The notes beneath the pieces are model-generated. The model ran no database searches and was not told where the DNA came from. It saw only the letters and a list, made by a program, of their open reading frames with translations. This document shows, piece after piece, positions 39,037-48,711 of a DNA stretch of 64,000 bases. The first letter of the stretch is position 1. Every line of letters begins with the position of its first letter. The position numbers were made by a program, and so were the translations under genes. Origin of the DNA: Vicinamibacteria bacterium (GTDB taxonomy: Bacteria > Acidobacteriota > Vicinamibacteria > Marinacidobacterales > Marinacidobacteraceae); contig CAXXLQ010000004.1 of NCBI GenBank assembly GCA_963668695.2, forward strand, positions 3,328,001 through 3,392,000, written 5' to 3'.

Positions 39037-40929
39037 ATGCGCTGGAACCGGAATTCAACAGCCTGTGACAAAACCCACGCGGCCCAGTTCTCCCGGTGGG
39101 GGCTCGACGGGCGATCCATCCCGGCCAGACAGCCGGTAGTGAAACCCACGCGGCCCAGTTCTCCCGGTGGGGGCTCGGCCGGCGATCCATCCCGGCTGAA
39201 CCGCGTCGCTTCGCGCCGCTCATCGTTGCGTTTCGGTCGGAATACACCCGGGCCAGTTCTCCCGGTGGGGGCTCCTCCCTCACGCGCCTTGCCAGCCGGG
39301 CCCCCACCGGGAGGACTGGCCCCACCGGGAGAACTGGGCCTCGCCCCCACCGGGAGACTGGCCAGCCTCGGCGCTCACGTAGGTTCCACCACCGGCTGTT
39401 CACCGCCCCGCTTCGCGGCGCTCTGCGTTGCGTTTCGGTCGAAATACACCCGGCCCAGTTCTCCCGGTGGGGGCTCCTCCCTCACGCGCCTTGTCAGCCG
39501 GGCCCCCACCGGGAGGACTGGCCCCACCGGGAGAACTGGGCCTCGCCCGTCTCGGCGCTCACGTGGGTTTCACCACAGGCTATTAGTCATCCCCGTCCTC
39601 CTGACCGCTCTCATCCTGCCGGTGATCGCGGCCGGGCAGCCAGCCCCCACCGTTCTTCCCATGCGGGACCGGGCGGCGCTCATCGACCGCTGGCTCGAGG
39701 TGCGGTTCGAGACCGTGCTGCCGGAAATCATGCGGCGCGACGGCGTGGACATGTGGATCGTTGCGGCGAGGGAATACAACGAGGATCCGGTCATCCGGAC
39801 GATGCTCCCCTACACCTGGCTCGCGGCCCGGCGCCGCACCGTGCTCCTGTTCTTCGACCGCGGTCCGGAGGAGGGCGTCGAGCGGCTCGCGGTGGCCCGG
39901 TACGACATCGGAGGCATCCCGGGCGCCTGGGATCCCGAAACCGAACCCGATCAGTGGGCCCGGGTCGCCGAACTGGTCCGTGAGCGGAATCCCAACGTGA
40001 TTGCAGTGAACCGTTCGTCGGATTTCGGGCTGGCTGACGGGATCACCGCCACCGAATACGAGGCGCTCGGGGAGGCGCTCGGGCCTGAATTGTCACAGCG
40101 GGTAACCAGCGCCGAGACGCTGGCCATCGCCTGGCTCGAAACCCGGACTCCGGAGGAGATGGCGGTCTATCCCGCCGTCGTCCGCCTCGCCCGCTCCATC
40201 CTCTCCGAGGGCCTGTCGGAAAAGGCGATCCAGCCGGGCGTCACCACCACCCAGGATCTCTCCTGGTGGTACCGCGAGCGGATCCGCGAACTCAAACTCC
40301 AGACCTGGTTCCAGCCGGGCGTTTCGGTGCAGCGTCGCGAGGGAGCGATGTTCGGTGGCGACGCGGGAGACCAGGGCGATTTCTCTTCACGCCCCCCTCC
40401 GGACACCATCATGCCCGGCGACCTGCTGCACGTGGACTTCGGGATTACCTATCTCCGGCTCAACACGGATACCCAGATGCACGCCTACGTGCTGCGCCAC
40501 GGCGAAACGGCGGCCCCGGCGGGACTCAGTGAAGCGCTTTCCACCGGAAACCGGCTCCAGGACATCCTCACCGACGAATTCGTCACCGGCCGCACAGGAA
40601 ACGAAATCCTCGCGGCGGCGCTCGCCCAGGCGAAGAGCGAGGGCATCACTGCCTCGATCTACACCCACCCGATCGGCTTCCACGGCCACGCGGCCGGGCC
40701 CACGATCGGGCTGTGGGATCGCCAGGAAGGTGTGCCCGGCAAGGGTGACTATCCACTCTTTCCGATGACCGCGCACTCCATCGAGCTGAACGCCCGGGTC
40801 GCGGTGCCCGAGTGGGACGGCCAGGAGGTCCGGATCGCGCTGGAGGAGGACGCCATCTTCGACGGCGAATCCACGACGTATATCGATCCCCGGATGGAAC
40901 GCCTGCTGCTGATCCCCCGCCCGCGCTAG
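39037..40929 (+). CDS. M24 Xaa-Pro aminopeptidase-like protein; signal peptide interrupted in frame by a MITE
   Basis: AAGGAG RBS plus ATG 39037; REYNEDP, GDLLHVDFG, HPIGFHGHAAGP, IELN, LEED; alternative start 39661. Confidence 0.85.
   Translation: MRWNRNSTACDKTHAAQFSRWGLDGRSIPARQPVVKPTRPSSPGGGSAGDPSRLNRVASRRSSLRFGRNTPGPVLPVGAPPSRALPAGPPPGGLAPPGELGLAPTGRLASLGAHVGSTTGCSPPRFAALCVAFRSKYTRPSSPGGGSSLTRLVSRAPTGRTGPTGRTGPRPSRRSRGFHHRLLVIPVLLTALILPVIAAGQPAPTVLPMRDRAALIDRWLEVRFETVLPEIMRRDGVDMWIVAAREYNEDPVIRTMLPYTWLAARRRTVLLFFDRGPEEGVERLAVARYDIGGIPGAWDPETEPDQWARVAELVRERNPNVIAVNRSSDFGLADGITATEYEALGEALGPELSQRVTSAETLAIAWLETRTPEEMAVYPAVVRLARSILSEGLSEKAIQPGVTTTQDLSWWYRERIRELKLQTWFQPGVSVQRREGAMFGGDAGDQGDFSSRPPPDTIMPGDLLHVDFGITYLRLNTDTQMHAYVLRHGETAAPAGLSEALSTGNRLQDILTDEFVTGRTGNEILAAALAQAKSEGITASIYTHPIGFHGHAAGPTIGLWDRQEGVPGKGDYPLFPMTAHSIELNARVAVPEWDGQEVRIALEEDAIFDGESTTYIDPRMERLLLIPRPR
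39058..39583 (+). mobile_element. MITE family A nested pair (inner copy 39129-39399)
   Basis: Outer TIRs acagcctgtg / cacaggctat; inner TIRs acagccgg / ccggctgt. Confidence 0.85.
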
Positions 40930-40932
40930 GTA

Positions 40933-41062
40933 GGAGCGCCGGGCAGTCCTCCCGGTGGGGCCGTTCACACCGGCATCGCGGCCAAAGGCCGCGAAACTCC
41001 CATCTCCAACCGAGCAGAAGCGCGCGGACGGCCTGGCGCGCCGGTACTCCGATCGGCATCGC
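40933..41062. repeat. REP-like family B copy with tag insertion
   Basis: Homologous to 9896-10050. Confidence 0.65.
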
Positions 41063-41084
41063 CCACGCAGCAGGCGAAACTGCC

Positions 41085-41303
41085 TCAGCCTCTCAGCAAC
41101 AGCGTGGTGACCAGCGTCGTCAGTGTCCCAACCATCGTCCCGAGCAACAGGAACAAGAAGGTCCAGATCCGACCCAACTGCTTTTCCACCGCGTCAAGCC
41201 GGGCATTGACTGCCGTCAATCCCGTCTGAAATTGGGCGGTCTGTTCCGCCGCAGTACGCGAATCAGCGCCGTGAGCTGCTGGACCGCAGTTTGCCCGGCC
41301 ATG
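41085..41303 (-). pseudogene. Frameshifted small coiled-coil + C-terminal TM protein remnant
   Basis: MAGQTAVQQLTALIRVL continues in another frame as AEQTAQFQTGLTAVNARLDAVEKQLGRIWTFLFLLLGTMVGTLTTLVTTLLLRG*. Confidence 0.4.
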
Positions 41304-41602
41304 GACTCGATCTCCCGAACCGGGGTTAGACCTGTCCAGCGTCCCGATTTCCCGTCACCAGCAAGCGAAACAGCGCGCCCGATTCGGGCGGCGCATCCGA
41401 TTTGCCTTGGGCTCCTTCACTCTGTACGCCCGGCATGGAAGCTCCTTTGCGCCACAAATCCGGCGCGGATTGGCCGTGTCCGCTGCAGGGACGCGAACCG
41501 GGTTCCTACCTGTCATAGACGGAAACCGGGCGGGAAAATTCTCACCCGACTGAAAAAAGGTCTCCAAGCGGCCGCCCGGCACCGTGACATCCTTGCCGCC
41601 CC

Positions 41603-42958
41603 ATGACCGCCGTTCTCCTCGGCACCCTCTTCGTAGCGGTTTCGATCGGCGTCCTGCGCCTGCATCCGTTCCTCGCGCTGACGCTCGGGGCGATCCTCGC
41701 GGGGTCGCTCGGCCCCTCGGAAGCGTCCGGCCCGGAGCGTGTCTACGCGGCGCTCGAAGCGACCGGCGGCGCGTTCGGCGACCTCGTCGGAGCCATCGGA
41801 ATCGCCATCGCTCTCGCGGCGGTTATCGGGGACTGCCTCCTCCGGAGCGGGGCCGCCGACCGGATTGCGGGGGCACTACTCGGCGTCTTCGGGGAACGCC
41901 GGGCCGTGTGGGCGCTGGCGGCGGCGGCCTACGTGCTGTCGATCCCGGTGTTCTTCGACACCGTGTTCTTCCTGCTCATCCCCCTGGCCCGCGCACTCGC
42001 CCGACGCGCCCCCGGCCGCTACCCGATGTTCGTGATGGCGATCTGCGCCGGCGCCATCGCCACCCACTCCCTCGTACCGCCAACCCCGGGTCCACTTGGA
42101 ATGGCGGACACCCTCCAGCTCGACCTGGGGACCGCTATCGGGTTCGGACTGCTGCTCGGGATCCTGCCGGTCACCGCGGCACTCGTGACCGCACCGCTGT
42201 TCGCGCGGGGGATGAAGGTCGAACCGGACAACGAAGAAATCCCCAATTCCGATCCACCGGAAAACAGCGGAGCCGGCCCCGGTCTGTTTGCCTCCGTGTT
42301 TCCTATCGCGCTGCCGGTGGTTCTCATGAGCGGGGCCTCGGCGGTCTCTGCCGGCGCCGAGGGGGCGATTCCGGGCGCTGCCTGGCTGGCGGTCCTCGGA
42401 CACCGGAACGCGGCGCTCTTCCTGGCAGCGTTCGCCGCTGCTTTCGTGCTCTGGAGAACTCGCCGCCTTGCGGTGCGGCAGCTTCTCGGCTCCTTTGGCG
42501 GAGCGATCGGTGAAGCCGGTCCCATCATCCTGATCACCGCCGCCGGCGGGGCATTCGGGCGCGCCCTGGCCGGAACGGATGTCGTAGAGGCGCTGGTTGG
42601 GATCTCATCCGCCGCCAATGGAACCGTGCTGTTGCTGCTGGCGGCCGGCATCGCTTCCCTGCTCAAGCTGGCGCAGGGTTCGGGGACGGTCGCAATCCTG
42701 ACCGGGTCGGCGATCGTGGCTTCCCTGCTACCGGAGCTGGACGCCCTCGCCTTCCACCCCGGCTATCTCTTCGCGGCGGTGGGATTTGGCTCGATGGCCG
42801 CATCCTGGATGAACGACAGCGGGTTCTGGGTGGTGGGACGGATGTCCGGATTCAGCGAGGGCGAGACCTTCCGCACCTGGACGGCGGTCGCCGCCGCGGT
42901 CGGAATCTTCGGCCTGATCCAGGTGCTGGTGCTGGCCACCCTCTTCCCGCTTGTCTGA
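41603..42958 (+). CDS. GntP family permease
   Basis: LHPFLAL, LSIPVFFDTVFFLLIPLA, HSLVPPTPGP, AQGSGTVA, WMNDSGFW. Confidence 0.92.
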   Translation: MTAVLLGTLFVAVSIGVLRLHPFLALTLGAILAGSLGPSEASGPERVYAALEATGGAFGDLVGAIGIAIALAAVIGDCLLRSGAADRIAGALLGVFGERRAVWALAAAAYVLSIPVFFDTVFFLLIPLARALARRAPGRYPMFVMAICAGAIATHSLVPPTPGPLGMADTLQLDLGTAIGFGLLLGILPVTAALVTAPLFARGMKVEPDNEEIPNSDPPENSGAGPGLFASVFPIALPVVLMSGASAVSAGAEGAIPGAAWLAVLGHRNAALFLAAFAAAFVLWRTRRLAVRQLLGSFGGAIGEAGPIILITAAGGAFGRALAGTDVVEALVGISSAANGTVLLLLAAGIASLLKLAQGSGTVAILTGSAIVASLLPELDALAFHPGYLFAAVGFGSMAASWMNDSGFWVVGRMSGFSEGETFRTWTAVAAAVGIFGLIQVLVLATLFPLV

Positions 42959-43101
42959 CGGGGGGCGCTCACCTGCACTCCATGTCTCATCTGCACTTGC
43001 GGATCGACACCGACCGGCGCCGATCCGCGCTCAAGGTCCGCCTCCAGGGAGCCGTCTCGAACGCCGTGTCGCGAAAGCCCTCGATGGTCACTCCGGGCTT
43101 A

Positions 43102-44025
43102 ACAGCCTGTAGTGAAACCCACGCGGCGTTCGAGCGGCGATCCATCCCGACTAAACGACCGGTGATGAAACCCACGCGGCGTTCGGCCGGCGATCCATCC
43201 CGGCCAAACAACCGGTGATGAAACCCACGCGGCGTTCGGCCGGCGATCCATCCCGGCCAAACAACCGGTGATGAAACCCACGCGGCGTTCGGCCGGCGAT
43301 CCATCCCGGCCAAACAACCGGTGATGAAACCCACGCGGCGTTCGGCCGGCGATCCATCCCGGCCAAACAACCGGTGATGAAACCCACGCGGCGTTCGGCC
43401 GGCGATCCATCCCGGCTGACCGCGTCGCTTCGCGCCGCTCATCGTTGCGTTTCAGTCGGAATACACCCGGGCCAGTTCTCCCGGTGGGGGCTCCTCCCTC
43501 ACGCGCCTTGTCAGCCGGGCCCCCACCGGGAGGACTGGCCCCACCGGGAGAACTGGGCCTCGCCCCCACCGGGAGGACTGGCCGGCCTCGGCGCTCACCC
43601 GGGTTCCACCACCGGCTGTTCACCGCGTCGCTTCGCGCCGCTCATCGTTGCGTTTCGGTCGGAATACACCCGGGCCAGTTCTCCCGGTGGGGGCTCCTCC
43701 CTCACGCGCCTTGTCAGCCGGGCCCCCACCGGGAGGACTGGCCCCACCGGGAGAACTGGGCCTCGCCCCCACCGGGAGGACTGGCCGGCCTCGGCGCTCA
43801 CCCGGGTTCCACCACCGGCTGTTCACCGCGTCGCTTCGCGCCGCTCATCGTTGCGTTTCGGTCGGAATACACCCGGGCCAGTTCTCCCGGTGGGGGCTCC
43901 TCCCTCACGCGCCTTGTCAGCCGGGCCCCCACCGGGAGGACTGGCCCCACCGGGAGAACTGGGCCTCGCCCCCACCGGGAGGACTGGCCAGCCTCGGCGC
44001 TCACCCGGGTTCCACCACCGGCTGT
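43102..44025 (+). mobile_element. MITE family A compound array (6x53-bp heads + 3x203-bp bodies)
   Basis: Heads at 43105, 43158, 43211, 43264, 43317, 43370; bodies at 43421, 43624, 43827 with four tags each. Confidence 0.9.
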
Positions 44026-44246
44026 TGAGAATCGGGAAGCCTGCCACGTACCGGCAACCGCACCGGGTCAACCGGTCGTTCCGGCCTTCGGGTTTCGGCG
44101 CGCTCCGGCCAAATAGGCTTCCCGGGCGGCCTTCTCCTGGGTCGCATCTTCCCGTTTGGCTGGCTGGATCCGCAGGCGCTTACGCTGCCCGACCAATCCC
44201 TCGGAGACTCTCGCCCTCGCGCCGACTTCCACCAAGGACTTAGCCT

Positions 44247-45656
44247 ATGAGCGAAACACGCAAACCCAACCCCCAGGCACGCGCCCGCAGCCGGCGGGAG
44301 TTCGTCAAATCCGTCGCGGCCGGATCGGCGCTGGCCGCGGGTCTTCCGTCAGCGCTTGCGGGCGAACGTCGGACGATGGCCCGCCGGGAACTCCCCGGGC
44401 TGTCCGGGGAGTCTCCTGCCGGCCAAGTCGCCCCCTCCGACCGCATCGGCCTGGCCGTGATCGGTGCGGGCGGGATGGGCATGACGGACTTGGCCACGGC
44501 ACTGCGCATCCCCGGGATCGAACTCGTGGCCGCGTGCGACATCTTCGATGGCCGCCTGGACGCCGCCCGCGAGCGACACGGCGACATCTTCACCAGCCGC
44601 GACTATCAGGAGGTGCTCGCGCGCGACGATGTCGATGCGGTCATCGTGGGGACACCCGACCACTGGCACCAGCCGATCTCGGTCGACGCCTTGCGGGCGG
44701 GGAAGGCCGTCTACTGCGAAAAGCCGATGGTCCACAACATCGCCGAGGGCCACGGCCTGATCCAGGCCCAGGAGGAATCCGGAAGCGTCTTCCAGGTGGG
44801 CAGCCAGGGCATGAGCTCACTCGGCAACGAAAAGGCAAAGGAACTGTACGAAGAAGGCGCCATCGGCGAGCTCAACTACGCCGAGGGCTTCTGGGCGCGC
44901 AACGATCCGATCGGCGCGTGGCAGTATCCGATCCCGGCCGGCGCGTCCGAGGAGACCGTCGATTGGAAGCGCTTCCTGGGCCCGGCTCCCGAGTTTTCGT
45001 ACGACCCGCTGCGCGTCTTCCGCTGGCGCAACTACCGCGACTACGGCACCGGAGTCGCCGGGGACCTCTTCGTCCATCTTTTTTCGAGCCTGCACTTCGT
45101 CGTGAGTTCGCGGGGTCCGACGCGCGTCCAGGCGGCGGGCGGGCTGCGCTACTGGAAGGACGGTCGCGAAGTGCCGGACGTGCTCCTCGGCATCTTCGAC
45201 TATCCCGAGACCGACACGCACCCGGGGTTCAACCTGTCGCTGCGCGTCAATTTCGTGGATGGAACTTCCGGCAGCACCTTCTTGCGGCTGGTGGGGAGCG
45301 AGGGGGCGATGGACGTGACCTGGACCGACGTGGTGCTGCGCAAGAACGTCGCGGTCGACCCGATGGACGCCTTCTCCCAGGAGAAGATGGCCGAGGCGGC
45401 GAGGAACGAGGAAGGACTGCCCGCGCGGGTTCGCATGCAGCCGCCCGTCGAGGTCCGGTACGAGGTCGAGCCCGGCTATCGCGGCGCCCACGCGGACCAC
45501 TTCTTCAACTTCTTCCAGGCGGTCCGCGGCGGGCCGCCGGTGCTGGAGGACGCGGCCTTTGGCCTGCGGGCTGCCGCTCCGGCACTGGCCTGCAACATGA
45601 GCTACTTCCAGGACCGAATCGTCCACTGGGACCCCGAAGGCATGAGGCTCGTCTGA
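44247..45656 (+). CDS. Gfo/Idh/MocA oxidoreductase with Tat signal
   Basis: SRREFVK, VIGAGGMG, TPDHWH, YCEKP, QVGSQ, WRNYRDYGTG. Confidence 0.92.
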   Translation: MSETRKPNPQARARSRREFVKSVAAGSALAAGLPSALAGERRTMARRELPGLSGESPAGQVAPSDRIGLAVIGAGGMGMTDLATALRIPGIELVAACDIFDGRLDAARERHGDIFTSRDYQEVLARDDVDAVIVGTPDHWHQPISVDALRAGKAVYCEKPMVHNIAEGHGLIQAQEESGSVFQVGSQGMSSLGNEKAKELYEEGAIGELNYAEGFWARNDPIGAWQYPIPAGASEETVDWKRFLGPAPEFSYDPLRVFRWRNYRDYGTGVAGDLFVHLFSSLHFVVSSRGPTRVQAAGGLRYWKDGREVPDVLLGIFDYPETDTHPGFNLSLRVNFVDGTSGSTFLRLVGSEGAMDVTWTDVVLRKNVAVDPMDAFSQEKMAEAARNEEGLPARVRMQPPVEVRYEVEPGYRGAHADHFFNFFQAVRGGPPVLEDAAFGLRAAAPALACNMSYFQDRIVHWDPEGMRLV

Positions 45657-47002
45657 TGAGTGAAGCAAACAAAATGCACAAAGTGCTGCTCGCGATGGTT
45701 CTCGCCGCGGCCTGCGGCGGCGAGTCTCCGCGCGGCGGGAGCGCCGACTCCGAAGCCGACTCCGAAATGGTCACACCCGCCGGGGAAGCGTTCGGCCCCC
45801 CCAACACCCTCACCGAAGCCGAACGCGCCGCGGGTTGGCGCCTCCTCTTCGACGGCGAGACGACACAGGGATGGCGCGGCTACAACCGCGATGAGTTTCC
45901 GGACACCGGATGGGCGGTGATCGATGGCATGCTGGTCGTGGGCGCAACCGCCGTGGATCCGGACGTCCCGGTGGGCGGGGACCTGGTCACCACCGAATCC
46001 TTCGCCGACTTCGACCTCAAGTTCGAGTTCAGGCTCTCCGAGGTGGCCAACAGCGGCGTCCTCTACCGGGTGATTGAGGAGGAGGGCGCCGAGATCTGGT
46101 TCAACGCGCCGGAGTACCAGGTGCTGGACGACGCCGCGTACATCGAGATGGGAACGATGGATATGAAGACGCATCTCACCGGCGACAACTACGACCTGCA
46201 CGCGGCGGGCGAGAGGACTCTGCACGGACCGGGCGAGTGGAACCAGGGCCGCATCCGCGTCCTGAACAACCATGTGGAGCACTGGCTGAACGGGACGAAG
46301 ACGGTGGAGTACGAGCTCGGCTCGGCGGAATGGGAGCAATTGGTCGCGGCCAGCAAATTCGCGCCCTATCACCGTTACGGCCGCGCAATGTCGGGTCCCA
46401 TAGGCCTGCAGGACCACGGCCGCAACGTCTGGTACCGGAATATCAAGATCCTGCCGTTGGGACCGGTCTCCCTGTTCAACGGCGAGAATCTCGACGGCTG
46501 GCAGGTACACGGCACCGAGCGCTGGTACGTCGAGAACGGGGAACTGGTGTGCGAAAGCGGCCCCGACGCGGAGTATGGCTATCTCACCACGGCGCAGACG
46601 TTTCGCGATTTTGACCTGACGCTCGACTTCAAGCAGGAGGCCGACGGCAACAGCGGGGTGTTCTTCCGCGCCAGCGTCGAGGGGACGGTCGTAAGCGGCT
46701 GGCAGGCCGAGGTCGCGCCGCCCGGGCTGTTCACCGGCGGCATCTACGAGTCGTACGGCCGCGGCTGGCTGGTGCAACCCGATCCGGCGCTGGACGCGGC
46801 GCTCCGCATGGGCGACTGGAACACCATGCGCGTCCGGGCGGTGGGCGACCGGGTGACCACCTGGCTGAACGGAACCCGCATGGTGGACTTCGAGGACGAG
46901 CAGATCGGGGCGGGAGAGGGGTCGATCGCACTCCAGATCCACGACGGGGGCGGGATCACGGTGCGCTGGCGGAACATCCGGGTGGTGGACCTGGGGGGGT
47001 GA
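45656..47002 (+). CDS. Tandem DUF1080 (3-keto-disaccharide hydrolase) lipoprotein
   Basis: Lipobox AAAC; two domains LLFDG..NSGV..EYQ..LQDHG and LFNGENLDGW..NSGV..LQIH. Confidence 0.9.
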   Translation: MSEANKMHKVLLAMVLAAACGGESPRGGSADSEADSEMVTPAGEAFGPPNTLTEAERAAGWRLLFDGETTQGWRGYNRDEFPDTGWAVIDGMLVVGATAVDPDVPVGGDLVTTESFADFDLKFEFRLSEVANSGVLYRVIEEEGAEIWFNAPEYQVLDDAAYIEMGTMDMKTHLTGDNYDLHAAGERTLHGPGEWNQGRIRVLNNHVEHWLNGTKTVEYELGSAEWEQLVAASKFAPYHRYGRAMSGPIGLQDHGRNVWYRNIKILPLGPVSLFNGENLDGWQVHGTERWYVENGELVCESGPDAEYGYLTTAQTFRDFDLTLDFKQEADGNSGVFFRASVEGTVVSGWQAEVAPPGLFTGGIYESYGRGWLVQPDPALDAALRMGDWNTMRVRAVGDRVTTWLNGTRMVDFEDEQIGAGEGSIALQIHDGGGITVRWRNIRVVDLGG

Positions 47003-47099
47003 GCCACCCGTCTATGTCGGTCAACCGAGTTGCTGGACGCATGGGACTGGACTCAGCGTTATCAGAACCCGGGAAGACCGCGCCGCTCGACTGACCTGC

Positions 47100-47528
47100 G
47101 TGGAGCCGCCCGTCGGCGCGGCGTTCGGGCGGGCGCTCGCGGCCGGCGGGGTCACGGAGGACCTCGCGCGGATGTCAGCCGCCGCGGACGGCATCCTCCT
47201 CCTCTTGCTCGCCGCCGGCATCGCTTCCCTGCTCAAGCTGGCGCAGGGTTCGGGGACGGTCGCAATCCTGACCGGGTCGGCGATCGTGGCTTCCCTGCTA
47301 CCGGAGCTGGACGCCCTCGCCTTCCACCCCGGCTATCTCTTCGCGGCGGTGGGATTCGGCTCGATGGCGGCGTCCTGGATGAACGACAGTGGTTTCTGGG
47401 TGGTGGGCCGGATGTCCGGATTCAGCGAGGGAGACACCTTCCGCACCTGGACGGCCGTCGCCGCCGCAGTCGGGATTTTCGGCGTGGCGCAGGTTCTGCT
47501 CCTGGCGAGCCTCTTCCCATTCGTCTGA
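47100..47528 (+). pseudogene. Duplicated 3' fragment of the GntP permease
   Basis: Near-identical to 42643-42958 over ~310 bp; no N-terminal part. Confidence 0.85.
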
Positions 47529-47679
47529 AGAGCGAAGGGGGGAAGAAGCAGGCTGGGAAAACTTCCCAGAGAAGAGAGGATTTCGGCCTCACGGTGCACG
47601 AAGCGGACGTGTCGATGGCCTTCGGGCGCCGGACAGGCCGATGCCGGTGCGGTCGTGTGTTTCGCTACCATGATCTGCC

Positions 47680-47988
47680 GTGACCAACCCGAAAACTCAG
47701 CCGGATCCCCTGCGACCTATCGCGGTCGAGCCCCGCGATGGCTATCGCATCTGGCTCCGCTACGCCGACGGCGCAGAGGGCGAAGTGGACCTCTCTGACC
47801 TCGCGGGCAAGGGCGTCTTCGCGGCTTGGCTGGACAGGGATTTCTTTCACGACGTATGGATCGCGGAGGGAGGGGAAATCGCGTGGCGGGATGACATTGA
47901 TCTGTGCCGTCACGCGCTTTATTTCCGGCTCACCGGGAAGACCCCGGAGCAGGTGTTCCCGGGGCTGAGAAACAGGGCAAGTGCCTGA
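47680..47988 (+). CDS. DUF2442 family protein (putative antitoxin)
   Basis: VEPRDGYRIWLRYADGAEGEVDLS..GVF..IAW..IDLC. Confidence 0.85.
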   Translation: MTNPKTQPDPLRPIAVEPRDGYRIWLRYADGAEGEVDLSDLAGKGVFAAWLDRDFFHDVWIAEGGEIAWRDDIDLCRHALYFRLTGKTPEQVFPGLRNRASA

Positions 47989-48240
47989 AGTAAGCCGCTT
48001 CTACGGGATCGTCGTGCAGATCTTCTATTCGGACCACGCACCGCCCCATTTCCACGCGAAATACGCAGGGAAGAGATCCTGGTTTCCATACGAGACATGA
48101 CTGTGCTCGAAGGACGGTTGCCGCCCCGAGCACTCGGCATGGTCATGGAATGGGCGGCGATCAATCAGGCCGAGTTGCTCGACGCCTGGAACCGGGCGCA
48201 GCAACATGAGTCGCCGGGCAAAATCGCACCGCTCAGCTGA
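47981..48240 (+). pseudogene. DUF4160 family protein, 1-bp frameshift
   Basis: MPEVSRFYGIVVQIFYSDHAPPHFHAKYAG, then in a shifted frame EEILVSI..GRLPPRALGMVMEWAA..KIAPLS*; span is 260 bp. Confidence 0.8.
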
Positions 48241-48711
48241 CTGAGCGTAGAACCGCGCGCCGGCGGGGGAGCTCTCGATTTTCTCGGCGCGTTGTGTCGC
48301 CGGGGAACACCTACCCGACTCAGGGGTGTTTCATCCGATGGCTCTGTGAATGCCGCTGATGGCGTCGGCGCGCGCTACTGGCTCAACTCTCGTAGCACCC
48401 GACGCGTCCTGCCAGCAACGTGGAGCCGGATGAAGATGCGTCTTCCTCCTCAGAGCTCCAACACCCCAGTCGAAGTGATCCGGACCAACAAAACGCAAGG
48501 GACAACTGGAACCGGGAGCAATGTGGATGTCAGTTGCATACTCCCCCGGCGAATCGAACACGCTCTCGTGCGACGCGGCCACCGCCCGGAGCGCCACCAC
48601 AACTCCGCCCGCGGCCCGCGGCGCTGCGCGCCGCTGTGCCGGCCGGAGGTCGGCGGTCCCTTGCCCGGCGGTGCCGCCCTCCTTGATTGAGTGACGTTTC
48701 CTGCTGGTGCG

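Noticed and set aside
43105-43420. CRISPR-like array (53-bp period)
   Set aside because: Units are near-identical end to end with no unique spacers, they are MITE head modules, and no cas genes are in the window
44156-45655. Apparent 948-aa fusion ORF
   Set aside because: Upstream half is an off-frame shadow of the Gfo gene; the DUF1080 protein starts at 45656
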